Assembly: GCF_006345805.1 (NCBI RefSeq)
Contig: NC_043001.1
Coordinates: 131,564,001 to 131,628,000 of the forward strand
DNA from: Octopus sinensis
Lineage: Eukaryota
DNA: 64,000 bases
Direction: 5' to 3'
Part shown: positions 1 to 13,270 of the stretch, piece by piece
Layout: each line of letters starts with the position of its first letter
Position numbering within the stretch: the first letter of the stretch is position 1
Notes under the pieces: model-generated
Told to the model about the DNA's origin: nothing
Databases searched by the model: none
What the model saw: only the letters and a program-made list of their open reading frames with translations
Translations under genes and position numbers: made by a program

Positions 1-99
1 ATGTATTAATCTTCTGATGTGTTTTTCTTTTTTTAATTTATTTCATTTATTATTTTTTTTTATCAATAATCATTATAGAATTGAAGAGTAAATTACCTG

Positions 100-780
100 T
101 AAATACTTAGCTAGTGTAAAGATAGTTTCTTTCTTTAACACTCCCAGAATTTTGAACATGTTAAAACACCATTATTAATTACATTCATAATAGCTTTACA
201 TCATCTTAACCTTGGTTATCTTCGAATAAGAATTATATATTAGAACAGGATTATAATTTTGTATCTTAATTGAGACTCAAGAGATTTATGGTACATGTTG
301 CATTAACAGGAATAAAGCATTGTAGTATTATTTGCCTTATTTACATGGATTATATATTCTTATTTTTCAAATAGAAATGTTGATTTATCTTCTATTGTTA
401 GGAGTAATATTTTAAGTAGTATTAACCTCCTATTAAATTCTTTGTGGTTTTTCTGTATAGATCAGGATAATGAGCGAGAATTTAGCCTGTTAGGTTTTAA
501 AAATAGTTTCAGTGCAACTGGATCACTTAAATTTGTTATTTGAAGATTCTAATTTCTTGGCATGTTTAGTTTAGAAAAGAATCTATTGGGGCATATTCTC
601 AACTGAGACAGTCTGAATTTTAGGTGCAACTAATTATAATTGTTTTGTACACTGTTGCCAAAATAGTTGTCATTTTAAAGACTTGTGACTTGTATGCATG
701 AATATCCATAGTTAAGCTTGTTAGATATTTGTAGTAAGTGGGTTGGGTATTTTTTTTTAAATCCTGAATGATATGCCTTT
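100..780 (-). mobile_element. Possible highly decayed Penelope-like (RT/GIY-YIG region) fragment
   Basis: Broken minus-strand frames give YPTHLLQISNKLNYGYSCI (cf. the 'FP..HPLHKIFN.N..K.SYSCM' motif of Penelope/Poseidon ORFs) and EDKSTFLFEK (cf. 'NHKSSF..EKY'). Many stops; recognised by eye only. Confidence 0.3.
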
Positions 781-2234
781 CAACATTTGTCTGTCCCATG
801 GGTGTCAGATTAAAGAGACTTTATAATACATTCCTAATAATTTATGATTTTGAGTCATGAAAATTTGCATGTAATAATTTGATGGGCTTCACAGACAAGA
901 TGACACAAGATTGAACAATATGGCAATATGGTGCTGCAGACTCACCCAAAATTTGTCAGTATGAACAAAACAAATGTTAATATTAAATTGCTAAGATTTC
1001 TTAAATACAAAATGTTCATTGTAAATTACGGTAAGGAAAATTTCGTTTCTAAGATTGCTTGCAAGGAATTTATTTTCTTCAAAAATTTTATAAGCCATGA
1101 TTTACCTATGAATTAACATCTTAGAATAAAATGAAAAGTGGTTGGAAGTAATTACTTTCTATTTTAAAAGTAATTTTGTTAAAACTTAAAATTTTGTTAA
1201 AAGTCCACTTATAGTCATTGTGTTTCCTTCTTTAGTTCATTCCTTTCTAAATTGCATAGATACTATTACAAAAGTTTTGGTTTCATCTGTATCTAAAATC
1301 TAAAAGGTGATAAAATATATGTAGGAACCAGACAGTTGTTAGTATCATTACATTTCTATAAAATAATATGAGGAGTGGGAGTTTTGCTCATAGAATCACA
1401 AGAGTCAGCATTTGTCCTTGTTTTTTACATTCTAAGTATAAGGCCTAGTATGGTCAAATACTTGGATAGATGGTATCCAATTACCACAATCCCTTCTATA
1501 TTACTGAACTTGTGTCTAAATCACAAACCATTATTATTATTATCATTATTATTGTTAAAGCAGTGAGTTGGCAAAATTGTAAGCATGCAAGGCAAAATGC
1601 TTTGCAGTATTTTATCTGTCTTTACATTTTGAGTTCTAATTCTGCTGAGGTCAACTTTGCTTCTGGAATTGATAAGTTTCACTTGAACTCTGGGGCCAGT
1701 ATAATTGACTTACTCTCCCACTCCACAAAATTGTTGGCCTTGTGCCAAAATTTGAAATAATTATTATTATTGTCATGATTGTTTATTCTGGATGCATGCA
1801 TTTTCCCTTAGATGATATTTTCTTCCAGGAATACAAAATAAAAAATATTTTTGCAAATATCAATTTTACTTAATTTATTTGTGATTCAATGTGGCCATCT
1901 ATAGGGTAACAGGAGTAGGTACTAATCACAAAGGTGGTAGAAGCAATTACCCTGCCCAAGATTTGAAAATTTTGAAAGCACAAAAATGGGTTTAAAAAGA
2001 AAAAGATAAACAGGAAAATATTGGTGATAAAAGGAGCAAATTCACCATAAACTCTATCAGTTACAATTTGATATGTATTATGTATATGGGTCCTTGTAGT
2101 CAATAAAGAAGGGATTGCTAATTGCTGCTGTTATTGTTATGTTAGAATGAGCAATATGGTCTTCAACTAGCAGGAGGCATGGTACATCTTGACCTATATG
2201 ATTGAGGTTAGCTATGTAATAACAACAATGATGA

Positions 2235-2410
2235 TGATGAGGATAATTTCTAACATAGACACAGCATGTTTGTGGGTAGAGAGTTAGTCAACCACATTGG
2301 CTCTAGTACTTGTATTTTATTTAATCGACCCCCCAAGATGAAATGCAAAGTTGGCCTTAACAAAATAGTGCAAAGCATATTGTTCAATGCTAAACTGATT
2401 CTGCTAACCC
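2235..2410 (-). mobile_element. Old, diverged SINE copy (family 2, same as 58411/59576)
   Basis: TTTAATCGACCCCCCAAGATGAAATGCAAAGTTGGCC resembles the family-2 core TTTATCGACCCCGAAAAGATGAAAGGCAAA at ~59675-59705. Confidence 0.55.
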
Positions 2411-2944
2411 ACAATATTAATAATGATCTTTAAAAACCCATTAATTAGTATGTGACATATAATGAAAATCATAAACATCTAATAAGTAATTTTTATTTTA
2501 CTCTTTAAAGTATTTATGAATACTTCTAATCTTCCATCTTAAAAAATAAATCACTATGTTTCCATTAGTTTGAAAATACTTAAGAATTCATAGGGATCGA
2601 TTAAAATGATTATCTTTTTTCCTTATTAAAATGCACCTTATGGAAAGGTTCTTTCATAAAATTATGAAAGAAGGGTTTTAATGTAAATATAAATAGCTTA
2701 AAATGAGGTATTATGTATGATGGGACTAAGTTTCAAGCAGGTTCATCATATCAAAACAACTATTATAATAAAGAATAACAAAGGCAGAAATAAGTCCTCA
2801 CAGATCATAAGAATAAAAATGCCTCCATTAAGGTTTTGGTTGTGTGGCCCATACATTGAATAAACATGTCACCAGCAATAGATGTTGAAGTTAATAAGTG
2901 GTAACTCATGGAGCTAACTACATAGATAACAAATGTTCATTTAT

Positions 2945-3265
2945 TCTTTTCATTGTTTCAGTCATTTGACTGCAGCCATGCTGGAGCACCACCTTTAGTT
3001 GAGCAGATCGACCCCATGACTTATTCTTGTAAGCCTAGTACTTATTCTAGTGGTCTCTTATGCCAAACTGCTAAGTTACAAGGATGTAAATCACACAAAC
3101 ATTGGTTTTCAAGCGATGGTTGGGGGACAAACTCAGACACACAAACATTTATATATATATGGCAGACTTCTTTCAGTTTCTGTCTACCAAATCCACTCAC
3201 AAGGTTTTGGTTGGCCTGAGGCTATAATAGAAGACACTTGCCCAAGGTGCCACGCATTGGGTACT
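2945..3265 (-). mobile_element. tRNA-type SINE (family 1), 5'-truncated
   Basis: Reverse complement matches the copies at 57403 and 60027 (GTTTCAGTCATTTGACTGCAGCCATGCTGGAGCACC...CCAAATCCACTCACAAGG...GAAGACACTTGCCCAAG). Confidence 0.9.
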
Positions 3266-4013
3266 ATCAAAAGAGAAATTCTTTTCTCTGCTCACCACAC
3301 TAACTTATTTACATTTTATGAACCGATTTTCACTGATGCAAACTACCACAAATCTCCTTTCATATTAAAAGTCTCTGATTTCAGAATTAAAGGATGAGTT
3401 CACTTCGTAAGAAAATATCCTTCTACATTACCAAGATCGTAATCCATAGATTTAAATTGCTTCTTCCATTTCTGTCCAGATTTATTTCAAGTATAAAATT
3501 CATTAAAGTTATCATAAATGAAATTACTTTTATCACAATTTTTTTTTTCAAATTTGAAAAATTGATATAACAGTAGTAAACGAAAAGTAAAGAGTAAATT
3601 ATGCTCTCCATCCCCACCCTCAGAAAACAAAGTTCATATAACAACTTATTTATAACAGATGTGACATGAAATGTAATAGATAAGTTAATCCTCTAACCTT
3701 TTTATCCATAATTACCAGGCTCAAAAGAATGCATAAAAAAGGGTTTATCTACAAATCTGAAGTATAACAGATTAGATTAGAGATTTTAAAAAAATGTATT
3801 ATAAGAAACATGACACAAAAGCCTGATTATTATGAAAAGTTTTTTTTCTTAATGGTATTCTAGCTATTAGTTGCTAATTGTGAATGAAAAATATATCTGT
3901 GAAGTTAGTGCAGTAAAGCTTTTTATCCAGATAATTTGGTGGGAGGATAAAGAATATCTATTTATTCTATGCAACTGTAGAGTGAATAGTATCAGTTACA
4001 GGCTTTCTCATTA

Positions 4014-4015
4014 TG

Positions 4016-4073
<58 letters not shown>

Positions 4074-4156
4074 GTATGTATATTGGTATATCGATAGACA
4101 GATAGATAGATATATAGATGAATGTATGTATACACAGACATGCATATATAAGTGCG

Positions 4157-4229
<73 letters not shown>

Positions 4230-4312
4230 TGGTATATCGATAGACAGATAGATAGATATATAGATGAATGTATGTATACACAGACATGCATATATAAGTG
4301 CGAATTATATAT

Positions 4313-4358
<46 letters not shown>

Positions 4359-4370
4359 TAAAGTATATGT
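4014..4370. repeat. (CA)n/(TA)n compound microsatellite containing a 146-bp-period duplication of an ~85-bp core
   Basis: TATTGGTATATCGATAGACAG...AAGTGCGAATT starts at 4081 and again at 4227. Confidence 0.9.
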
Positions 4371-5374
4371 GTATGTATGAAATATTCATGGGGTGCACAC
4401 AGAACAGTGAGAATCCAAACAATAAGGTATCTATTCATCTGTAATGTGTTTTGGCAGATTCAAATGTGAATATCTGATCACTGTTGTCTTTTTTTTTTTT
4501 GTTATTGGAAACACCTCTTCACTTTAGACAATGTATATTGTTAACATGTGATTCAAGGGACTTTGAGACACCTGGTGTTTCAACCTTAGTGTTTCAAACT
4601 CCTCAGTCAAAGTACCCACACTGGTGAATTTCATGTATTATGAACACATTGTCAAAGGGAGGTGTTCTCAAATAAAGCAACAACTATCATATATTCACAT
4701 TTAAACCTGTCAGAACATAACAAAAGTGAACAGATATATCATTGTTTTAATTCTTACTGTTCTGTGTGCACCCTGTGAACCATTATTTGTTTGGAAGAAA
4801 TCATCACACATCAACAAATAATTTACTTGCTGATTTTTATATGCAAGAGTTTGTACAGAGCAGCTTTGACTATGAAGTTATGCAATAAGATTGAAACACC
4901 ATGGTGTCACAGTTTTCTTACACTGCTATAGATGTCTGCAGTAATATGTAGATTCACAGTTTGCATTTGTAAGCAATACTTTGTTAGGCCAAGGTTAAGA
5001 TCTTTAACTATTAAGTGGTCTAAATGATAATAGCAAAAATAGTTGCAGCAAGGTTTTGGAATAATCAACTTGTAGTTATAAGCAGTGGCGCTACTATAAA
5101 CTTGACTTATGCAAACGTGTTTAAACTGTGTTAGAATAGAGAAAAAAATATAGATTTTAATACAATAATAATAATAATAATTCTGATCTTAGAATTGGAA
5201 AGTCGCAAACAGGAAGACAGAAAAATAATGAAGTTAGATTTATATCCCTCAACTTTAAAAGATTGATATAATTATTCATTCCTGAAATCAATAAAATAAA
5301 TTGACAATTATAATTTTCCAAGTATAACAAATTAATTGCAACCTATTGCTAGATTGATGTTGCTACTTTACATT

Positions 5375-5414
5375 CTCTTCTTCTTCTTCTTCTTCTTCTT
5401 CTTCTTCTTCTTCT

Positions 5415-5446
<32 letters not shown>

Positions 5447-5488
5447 CCCCCTCCTCCTCCTCCTCATCATCATCATCATTATTATTAT
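5375..5488. repeat. Compound trinucleotide array (CTT)n-(CCT)n-(CAT)n-(TAT)n
   Basis: Read directly. Confidence 0.95.
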
Positions 5489-5922
5489 ATAATACAAATA
5501 TCAAGTGAAAGGCAAATTCAATAATTTGGTTCTTTTGACACCTAAATGTTAGCTTAGCATTCTCTTAGGTCTTCTAATTCTATTATATGAGTTTTCTCTT
5601 TTTAAAAGAATTCAAATAAATGATTGGCTGCTTTCTTAACTTCCCTCTCCACCCATTAGATTTACAGCATTCCTCTTGTTCCAATCATTGAATTTTGCTT
5701 CCATACATTCACTCAATCAGTCAGTTAGCTAGCTTTGCCTGTGACAGTAGCAGGAGCAACAGAATTTATGTAGATCTTTCAATAAGTAGTCTGCTGCAGA
5801 AAGTTTTATTTACAAAACTCTAGACTTGCTTTCATGTTTACACACCCACATACACTCATATGTATGTGTGAGTGTGTGTGTATGAACACACACACATATA
5901 TCTTAATATGTGATTGTATATG

Positions 5923-5963
<41 letters not shown>

Positions 5964-5971
5964 GTATGTGT

Positions 5972-6014
<43 letters not shown>

Positions 6015-6281
6015 GTATTGGAAGGTTTGGAGATGATGTACAGGTATTATATATTAGAAGAAATGAGGTAATCAGAAGATCGGATGGTTCATATTTATAG
6101 ATGTTTATTTATATATTACATTTTTTACATATATATATCATATCATTCAGATCATATCATTCAGATTATATATTATATATACACACATATATATATACAC
6201 ACAGACACGTATATATATGTATATATATATGAGTATATGATTGCATGTGTGTGTGTGTGTATATATATATATATTATAAAT

Positions 6282-6710
6282 AGGTGCAGGCATGGCTGTG
6301 TAGTAAGTAGCTTGCTTACCAACCACATAGTTCCGGGTACAGTCCCATCGCATGGCACCTTAGGCCAGTGTCTTCTAATATAACCTCAGGCCGGCCAAAG
6401 CCTTGTCTGTGGATTTAGTAGATGGAAACTGAAAGAAGCCCATCATATATATTTATATGTATATATGTATACATATATATATATGTGTGTGTGTGTGTGT
6501 ATATGTATATATATATATATATTATATATATATATATATGTATGTATGTATGCATGTGTGTGTATATGTTTGTGTCTGTGTTTGTCCCCCTATCATTGCT
6601 TGACAACCGAAGTTGGTGTGTTTATATCCCCATAACTTTGTGGTTCATCAAAAGGGACCTATAGGATAAGTACTAGGCTCACAAAGAATAAGTCCTGGGG
6701 TAGATCTGTA
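6282..6710 (+). mobile_element. tRNA-type SINE (family 1) with expanded internal TA/TG microsatellite
   Basis: Head GGTGCAGGCATGGCTGTGTAGTAAG (A-box-like) and GGTACAGTCCC (B-box-like); body matches 57403/60027; internal repeat ~6446-6570; 3' tail decayed. Confidence 0.9.
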
Positions 6711-6849
6711 GAGTATGCATCTATTAAACTTCGAAGTCCCTGTCAATCTTTTTTCTTAAAGCTTAAGAATAAATCAATAAATAAATATTTATATATGAAC
6801 TTCTAAGGCATTTTTATCTCTCTCTCTCTCTCTCTTTATATATATGTAT

Positions 6850-7096
6850 ATATATAATAATAATAAATATTAGGGAATAAATCCAAATTTACAGGGAAAA
6901 AATCAGATTTAGGATTAAATCGATTTTATAGTAAAATATTATAAAATATTATTCGAGACAAAACCACTATTTTGCAAAGCAAACAAGGAAAGACTTAATC
7001 AATACATAAAATTTTAATATTTATTAAAATTTTATGTATTGATTAAGTCTTTCCTTGTTTGCTTTGCAAAATAGTGGTTTTGTCTCGAATAATATT

Positions 7097-7101
<5 letters not shown>
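6850..7101. repeat. Element with a perfect 80-bp inverted repeat (arms 6940-7019 and 7022-7101, 2-nt loop), flanked by TA-rich tracts
   Basis: Arms compared base by base: no mismatch. About 90 bp of unique extension on the left. Confidence 0.9.
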
Positions 7102-7137
<36 letters not shown>

Positions 7138-7189
7138 GGTGCGCACACACACACATGCATGCACACATATGTATACTTATGCATGATCA

Positions 7190-7395
7190 TGTGCCTGCTT
7201 GTCTTAACATTGCCTAATAGTTGCTGTGATGCAAGTGGTGTGATTCATTTCCAGTCTCCTGTAAAAATCTGTCTGAGCAAAGGAAATTTTACCTTACTTG
7301 GAAACACGTGAGGGCTAGCGACAAGAAGGACAGCTGGCCATAGAAAAAACAGCCTCGAGGAATTCCGCCTTATCCATGTAAGCATGGGAAAATAT
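7190..7395 (+). mobile_element. Diverged interspersed repeat with RTE-like 3' tail (SINE or LINE end)
   Basis: CTTGGAAACACGTGAGGGCTAGCGACAAGAAGGACAGCTGGCCATAGAAAA...CCATGTAAGCATGGGAAAA resembles a common RTE-tail repeat; recognised from memory, not searched. Confidence 0.45.
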
Positions 7396-7883
7396 AAACT
7401 TAGATAAACTTAGATATGTTTTTCGACCAAAGATTGGTCCAGGCCATGTCTAACTTAATAGCACCACCTGATAGGATTATTCGAATCCTGTTTAAGTCAA
7501 GTTTTGTTCAAGTAGTGAGTTCTTGTTGGGTGAGTTGTATCCAATTATGGGTGGCTTATCTGGTATTCTTTGAAGGAATCTATCCAGACTCCGTTTAATG
7601 TAAGAAATATTTGAAAAGGAGAGCTCTTTAATGACTCAAGCATCAAAGTTTGGACTGAAACAATCTGGACATACAATATTATTTTTAATAAAATATTAAA
7701 AAAAACATTGTTTAATTGACATTAAACTGTGTGTTTAGTTGATGATCATCACTACAATTGGCAGGCTAGTGATGGTATTTGTCATCTTGTCATCATTAAT
7801 TGAATCACAAATTAATAATATCAAAAGACTTTTATGTTAGAGTACATTTAGATGAGTTGTAGTGCACCTGAGCACTGTACACA

Positions 7884-7916
<33 letters not shown>

Positions 7917-8062
7917 TGTTTGGAGAAAAGGGATGTTAGATGCAGTAGAATACAGTAAGTAGTGATTGTGTAGAAGTCAGTTGTAACATCTTAAAAACCC
8001 AAATCCCATTTTATGTTTTATAAATACTGTGTATGTTGATAAGGTATAGTAATAATAATATG

Positions 8063-8210
8063 CTGCCAGACGAGATGGTGAAGATGCCGACGACCGCTTT
8101 GTTCAAAGCCTCCCTTGACCTCAAGTGGCCTGAACTCTTTACATGAACACCACCCTGTACTTAACTCCATGTCCTTCTACATGGCCTTGCTATTTGCTTT
8201 TGAGCCAAAT

Positions 8211-8241
<31 letters not shown>
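8063..8241 (+). mobile_element. 3' stub of a CR1-type LINE with (TAAC)n tail
   Basis: 8063-8146 reads LPDEMVKMPTTALFKASLDLKWPELFT*, like the CR1 ORF2 C-terminus ('WN.LP..VV.A.S...FK..LD..W'). A short 3'UTR and (TAAC)n follow at ~8210-8241. Confidence 0.7.
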
Positions 8242-9882
8242 TATAGTAAACATTTCACTTGAAATTTTATAAAGAAATTTTAAAATACTGTACCCTCATC
8301 TTGTGTGTCAGGCTCCAAGCACAAGCAAATATGGAAGTATCAGTACCCCTAGGCCATATGTATCTCTAAGTATTTCATTATCTATTGACGAATAGATTTA
8401 ACTTCATATGTATGTAATTCATTTCTCATTTTGGATTTTAAGCTTCAAGAAGTCACACCTCTCACCCAAGAAGGCAATATATTCATTCAATGTTAAAATG
8501 ATCATTTGAAGTCATCATCATAATAATCACCATCATTGTCATCATCATTTTAACATCTTTTCTATGCTAGCAAAGCTTTCAATTGGTCTGAGATACATAA
8601 TCTCTCAATGCCATTTTGATCATTAAGATCTCATTTGCTAAGTCCAAAGTTCTTAGATCTCACGTAAATGCTTCCTCACAAATCTTTTAGTTTAAACCTC
8701 TAACAGATATGTTCCACCATTATCAAGTCATGATTCCTTTTCATTCTGTTTGTTCATTGTTGATTAGAGGTGGATTTTCATATGGTTATTATTATTGGAT
8801 CTGTACTTGTGTAGTCATACACATGCACGCAATGTACATGCAGACACTCATGCACACATACACATATTTGTATGTATGTATGTATGTATGTATGTATGTA
8901 TGTTATGTATGCATGTATGTATGCATATATGTATGTATGTATGTGGTGTCCTGTACTCATATATATATATATATATGCATGTATATATACATATAGATGT
9001 AGGTACGTACATATATGTATGTATGCATATATTTTATTTATTAAATTATTTTTGACTGAGTGCCCTCGCGTTGTTTCGTTTCTTTTCTCCAAGTAAGTTT
9101 TTATATATATATATATATATATGGTTATATCTATATACATGCATTTATATGGCTATACTTTTATGTATACATTCATGTTTGTATGTTTATACACACACAC
9201 ACACACACACACATATACAAACATAAATGCACATATTCCTACTCTCACTCTCACTCTTTTCTTCTTTCTTTCTTTCCAATACATGCATAATTGTAGTTGC
9301 ACCTAGCTCATTACTCAATATATATCAAAGTAGATATCTGTTCGACATTGCCAGCTTTCTTCACACACGCACACTACTTCTATATCAAGGATTACTTCTA
9401 ACACTGATTTCATTTTGGCTCTATGATTATATCTACTGATGTCTTTCAGTTTGGATCATTATGATAAACTTTGCAGAAACAGGATGGAGACCTGTTTCCT
9501 AGTATTAATACCTTGATAATATTTATGGCACAATAAATAGTCCATTATTAAACGATCTGTCTGTTTGGCTAACTGTTCATCTATCTAGCTATATACCTAA
9601 CTGCCTGTCTGACTGGACATCTGTCCGCCTGTCCTTCTTAAATTGTGGCAGCACAGTGTTCTGAAATAACAGTCATTTTTCTGCTGTTGATTAGATACTT
9701 TGGTAAATCAAATGTAATATAATTATGCCCTGATTCAGGTCTTAATTATCTTATGTATCATTTTCAATTTACTAACAGGGATTTGTAGCAGATACAAATA
9801 AGGTCTTTCATATGCAGAAACAAAAGGACAGCATATAAATATACATTATACAATTACATACGTACATGTACATGCATGTATA

Positions 9883-9957
<75 letters not shown>

Positions 9958-10319
9958 CATGAGTGTGCGTGTGTGTATATGTATTCATTCATACATGTAT
10001 ACAAGCATACACACATTCACATATGTATATTTTTCCTTTTGTTTTTAATTTTTCTCTCCTACATATATAGTTACCATAGCAATTATTATAAGCAATATGA
10101 AATTTTATCAGCTATGTATTATTTCTGAGTGTAACTGGTTAACACTGGAAATACCAGTTCTCCATCCTATTTCTAATGTGAAGCTGTGTCAAGCCTTCAA
10201 GTTGATTCTTATAACAGTCACTTTACAGGAATTGTATCAAATCCACAACAGTTGTTAATGAATAGATCATAATGATACATACATACATACATACATACAT
10301 ACATACATACATACATACA

Positions 10320-10355
<36 letters not shown>

Positions 10356-10791
10356 TATACATGATATACATTCACTACTATATGTCCTGTTGTATTATGA
10401 AAGGAATAAATTATATTCTTATTCATTAAAATATAGCTACATATCAAAATAGAAAGATAAAGTTACACAAACTAGAGATTAAAACATATATTACATTTTA
10501 CTTTCATATATATCTGACACAATATTACACACATGCTTCCAAGTCCTGGTGCTGCATAACAGAAGTTACCTCCATCACCTTCATTGATGACATAAATAAA
10601 TTGTTTAATGAGCCTATGGGCCTTCTGAGTCTTAGTGCAGCAACACCTATAGATCTGGCTTAAGATACTGAGATATGTCACATATCTTGAGCATCTAAAC
10701 CTGAAGTATCAACTGGTACTTTAACTGTAAAAGGCAGATGAGAATGACTATGTGTGTATGTGTGTGTGTATAATATATAAGATATACAGTG

Positions 10792-10923
10792 GGTTTCTCT
10801 TAGTTTCTGTCTACAAACTCCACTCACAAGACTTGATTAGCTACAGTAAAATACATTTGCCATGCAATGGGATCGAACCCAAGGTGATGTAGATGGGAAG
10901 CAAACTTCTTGACCACACAGCCA
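10792..10923 (-). mobile_element. Diverged SINE head fragment (family-1 related)
   Basis: TTAGTTTCTGTCTACAAACTCCACTCACAAG...GGGATCGAACCC...CTTCTTGACCACACAGCCA matches the reverse complement of the family-1 5' half. Confidence 0.6.
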
Positions 10924-12070
10924 GTATATTCATATGTATATATGTTTATATATACATTATGTGTGTGCGCATTTTTATCAATAATCAAATATTCTATCTT
11001 CATATTACAACTACTAGTTTTGTTATAACATGGCTTTTCACTTCCATATGCCAATAAATCAAACAAACAATAACCAAATATGTTAAGAGTGATGAAAAAT
11101 TATATTGATATATTTTGATATTTTTTTTAGCTCTGAAATTATTATACTAAAACTTTATTTTTAGGATACACACACAGTCAGATATTGTTTTGATATTGTT
11201 TAACTCTAGGCCAACACTGACTGAACAGATCTGTAATGAAAGACATACTTACAATGCTCCCTAGCCTATTTTCTATCCTCTAAAATATCCAATATGTTCT
11301 TCGTGTTGAAAAGAGATGAGTTTGATTAGAGTGAATTTGGCTACTATTTCTAGCATGTAAAGATACTGCGTATAGGCAATTTCACTGACTTAGTGTTGTT
11401 GGGAAATTAGAAAATACAAATCTTCTTTCTTTAAATTTTTTATATTACAATCTTTGATAAAAAAAAATTTAATACTTGTTTACAAAATTACAAGAAATGA
11501 AATTATATATATAATGATATCCCCCCAAAACTATTGTCACATCTAAAAATGTCACTTACCAGTTAACATATAATATATTGCATACTTCAAGTGGTGAAAT
11601 CCAAATGGCCAGAATACACACTGCAATTTTAATTCAGTTCTCTTATACTTCTAATGAATGACCCTTAACTTAAACATAACTATCATACAATTTTATTTTA
11701 TCTTTTGTAATAAATATGAAGACCAAAATCACACAAAAGGAATGTTTCTATTTTGTGGATATAGTCTCTGAAAGTTGGAGTTTTACATTAATATGTATAC
11801 ATTTGTGATATATATGTGTGTGTGTATATATGTGTGTGTGTAATGTTAGTGTATGCATTTTGTAAGTTTCTGCCATGTATATTTTTGTCAAAAATTAAAT
11901 ACTGAAATTAAACATTAGTCTTTATTTTTGTTTACAGGGTTGCTCTGGGCCTCCAAATATATCAACAGCCCCCATTCCCACTACTATTTCTTAATTTTGC
12001 AATATGTTTATATAGTTTTTTTTTTGTTTTTATTAAAATAAGCATGCAGTTGTGAACGACAGCTTCAACC

Positions 12071-12321
12071 ATTGGATATTTGGGAGTCCAATGGATTATA
12101 TTGATGGTTCACTGCATAACTTCACTATTTTCTTTTCTAATCTACATCTTCATCTTCATCTTCTGCTTCTTGATGGTTAGTTCTAATAATCAAGAATATT
12201 ATTGGATATTTGGAGTCCAATGGATTATTGATGGTTCACTGCATAACTTCACTATTTTCTTTTCTAATCTACATCTTCATCTTCTGCTTCTTGATGGTTA
12301 GTTCTAATAATCAAGAATATT
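12071..12321. repeat. Tandem duplication, units 12071-12200 (130 bp) and 12201-12321 (121 bp)
   Basis: The copies differ only by deletions of 1, 2 and 6 nt in the second unit. Confidence 0.9.
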
Positions 12322-12559
12322 TTAACTCTTTACTATTTCTTCTACACACTGTGAATGGTGAACTGAAGATTTGAGATATTTTACCAATACTGATTGTTGC
12401 ATTTTCTTCCACTTTCAGGAAAATTGCAAGCTTCTCTCCTGACCAAGAATCTGGCTCGTCTTTCATGTAAGAACATTTTTATTGTTCTGTCAGCTTTAAT
12501 GTTTGAACAAAAGGTACTCCCTTGGTCAGCATGGATGTTAATGAAAATATTATTAATAT

Positions 12560-13270
12560 AATGGTTATGATGATAATGATAATGATAATAATGATAATAG
12601 TAATGATATTATTAATAATAATGATAAAATTCGTGCTGTTAATTACTACAACAACAACAACAAGGGGACAGGTGAAGCAGGTTGTCAAATAAATGAAAAA
12701 GGATGGTGGTGGTGGTGGTGGTGGTGGTGGAGGTGGTGGTGATGATAGCAGTGGTGAAGAGAGCATTGGTGTTGGTGGTAGTGGTGAGGAACATTGGTGA
12801 AGGATGTTGAATATGATGACAGTGGCATCGAAGGCGGCGGTGGTGGTGGTGGTGGTGGTTGTGGTGGTGGTGATGTCAGTGGCAAAGCAAAAAGCAGAGG
12901 ACGGGGGGGAAAATTGTGGTGTGTACTGGTTTGGCAATAAGGCGGTGGTGGTGATGGTGGTTGGGTGGGGTGAAGTGGGTGTTGAGGTATGGGTGACGGC
13001 AGTGCTAGTGTTCATAGGTAATTGACAATAATGGAAATGATGGTGATGACATTGGTGTGGTGGTGGTGGTGGTGGTGGAGTCAGTTCCAATGAGGGCAAT
13101 GATGATGAAGAAGCAGAAAGTGATAATAATGATAATGATGATGGTGATGGTGATGACTTAAATTGTGATGGCAGATATTCAGTGGTGGTTTTAGTGGTAG
13201 TTGCAGTAGTGGTGATGACACCATATGATCTGATATGATATGGTTCCAGGCAGTGGTGGTGGTGGTATTG
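12560..13270. repeat. Degenerate (GAT/AAT)n and (GGT)n low-complexity tract
   Basis: Read directly; it explains the poly-T/P/H/V ORFs in the track. Confidence 0.85.

Noticed and set aside
9760-11945. Strong acceptor-like sites at ~9778 (TACTAACAG|G) and 11937 (TTTTGTTTACAG|G)
   Set aside because: The first gives a stop in the required phase and has a weak donor; the second has no convincing donor.
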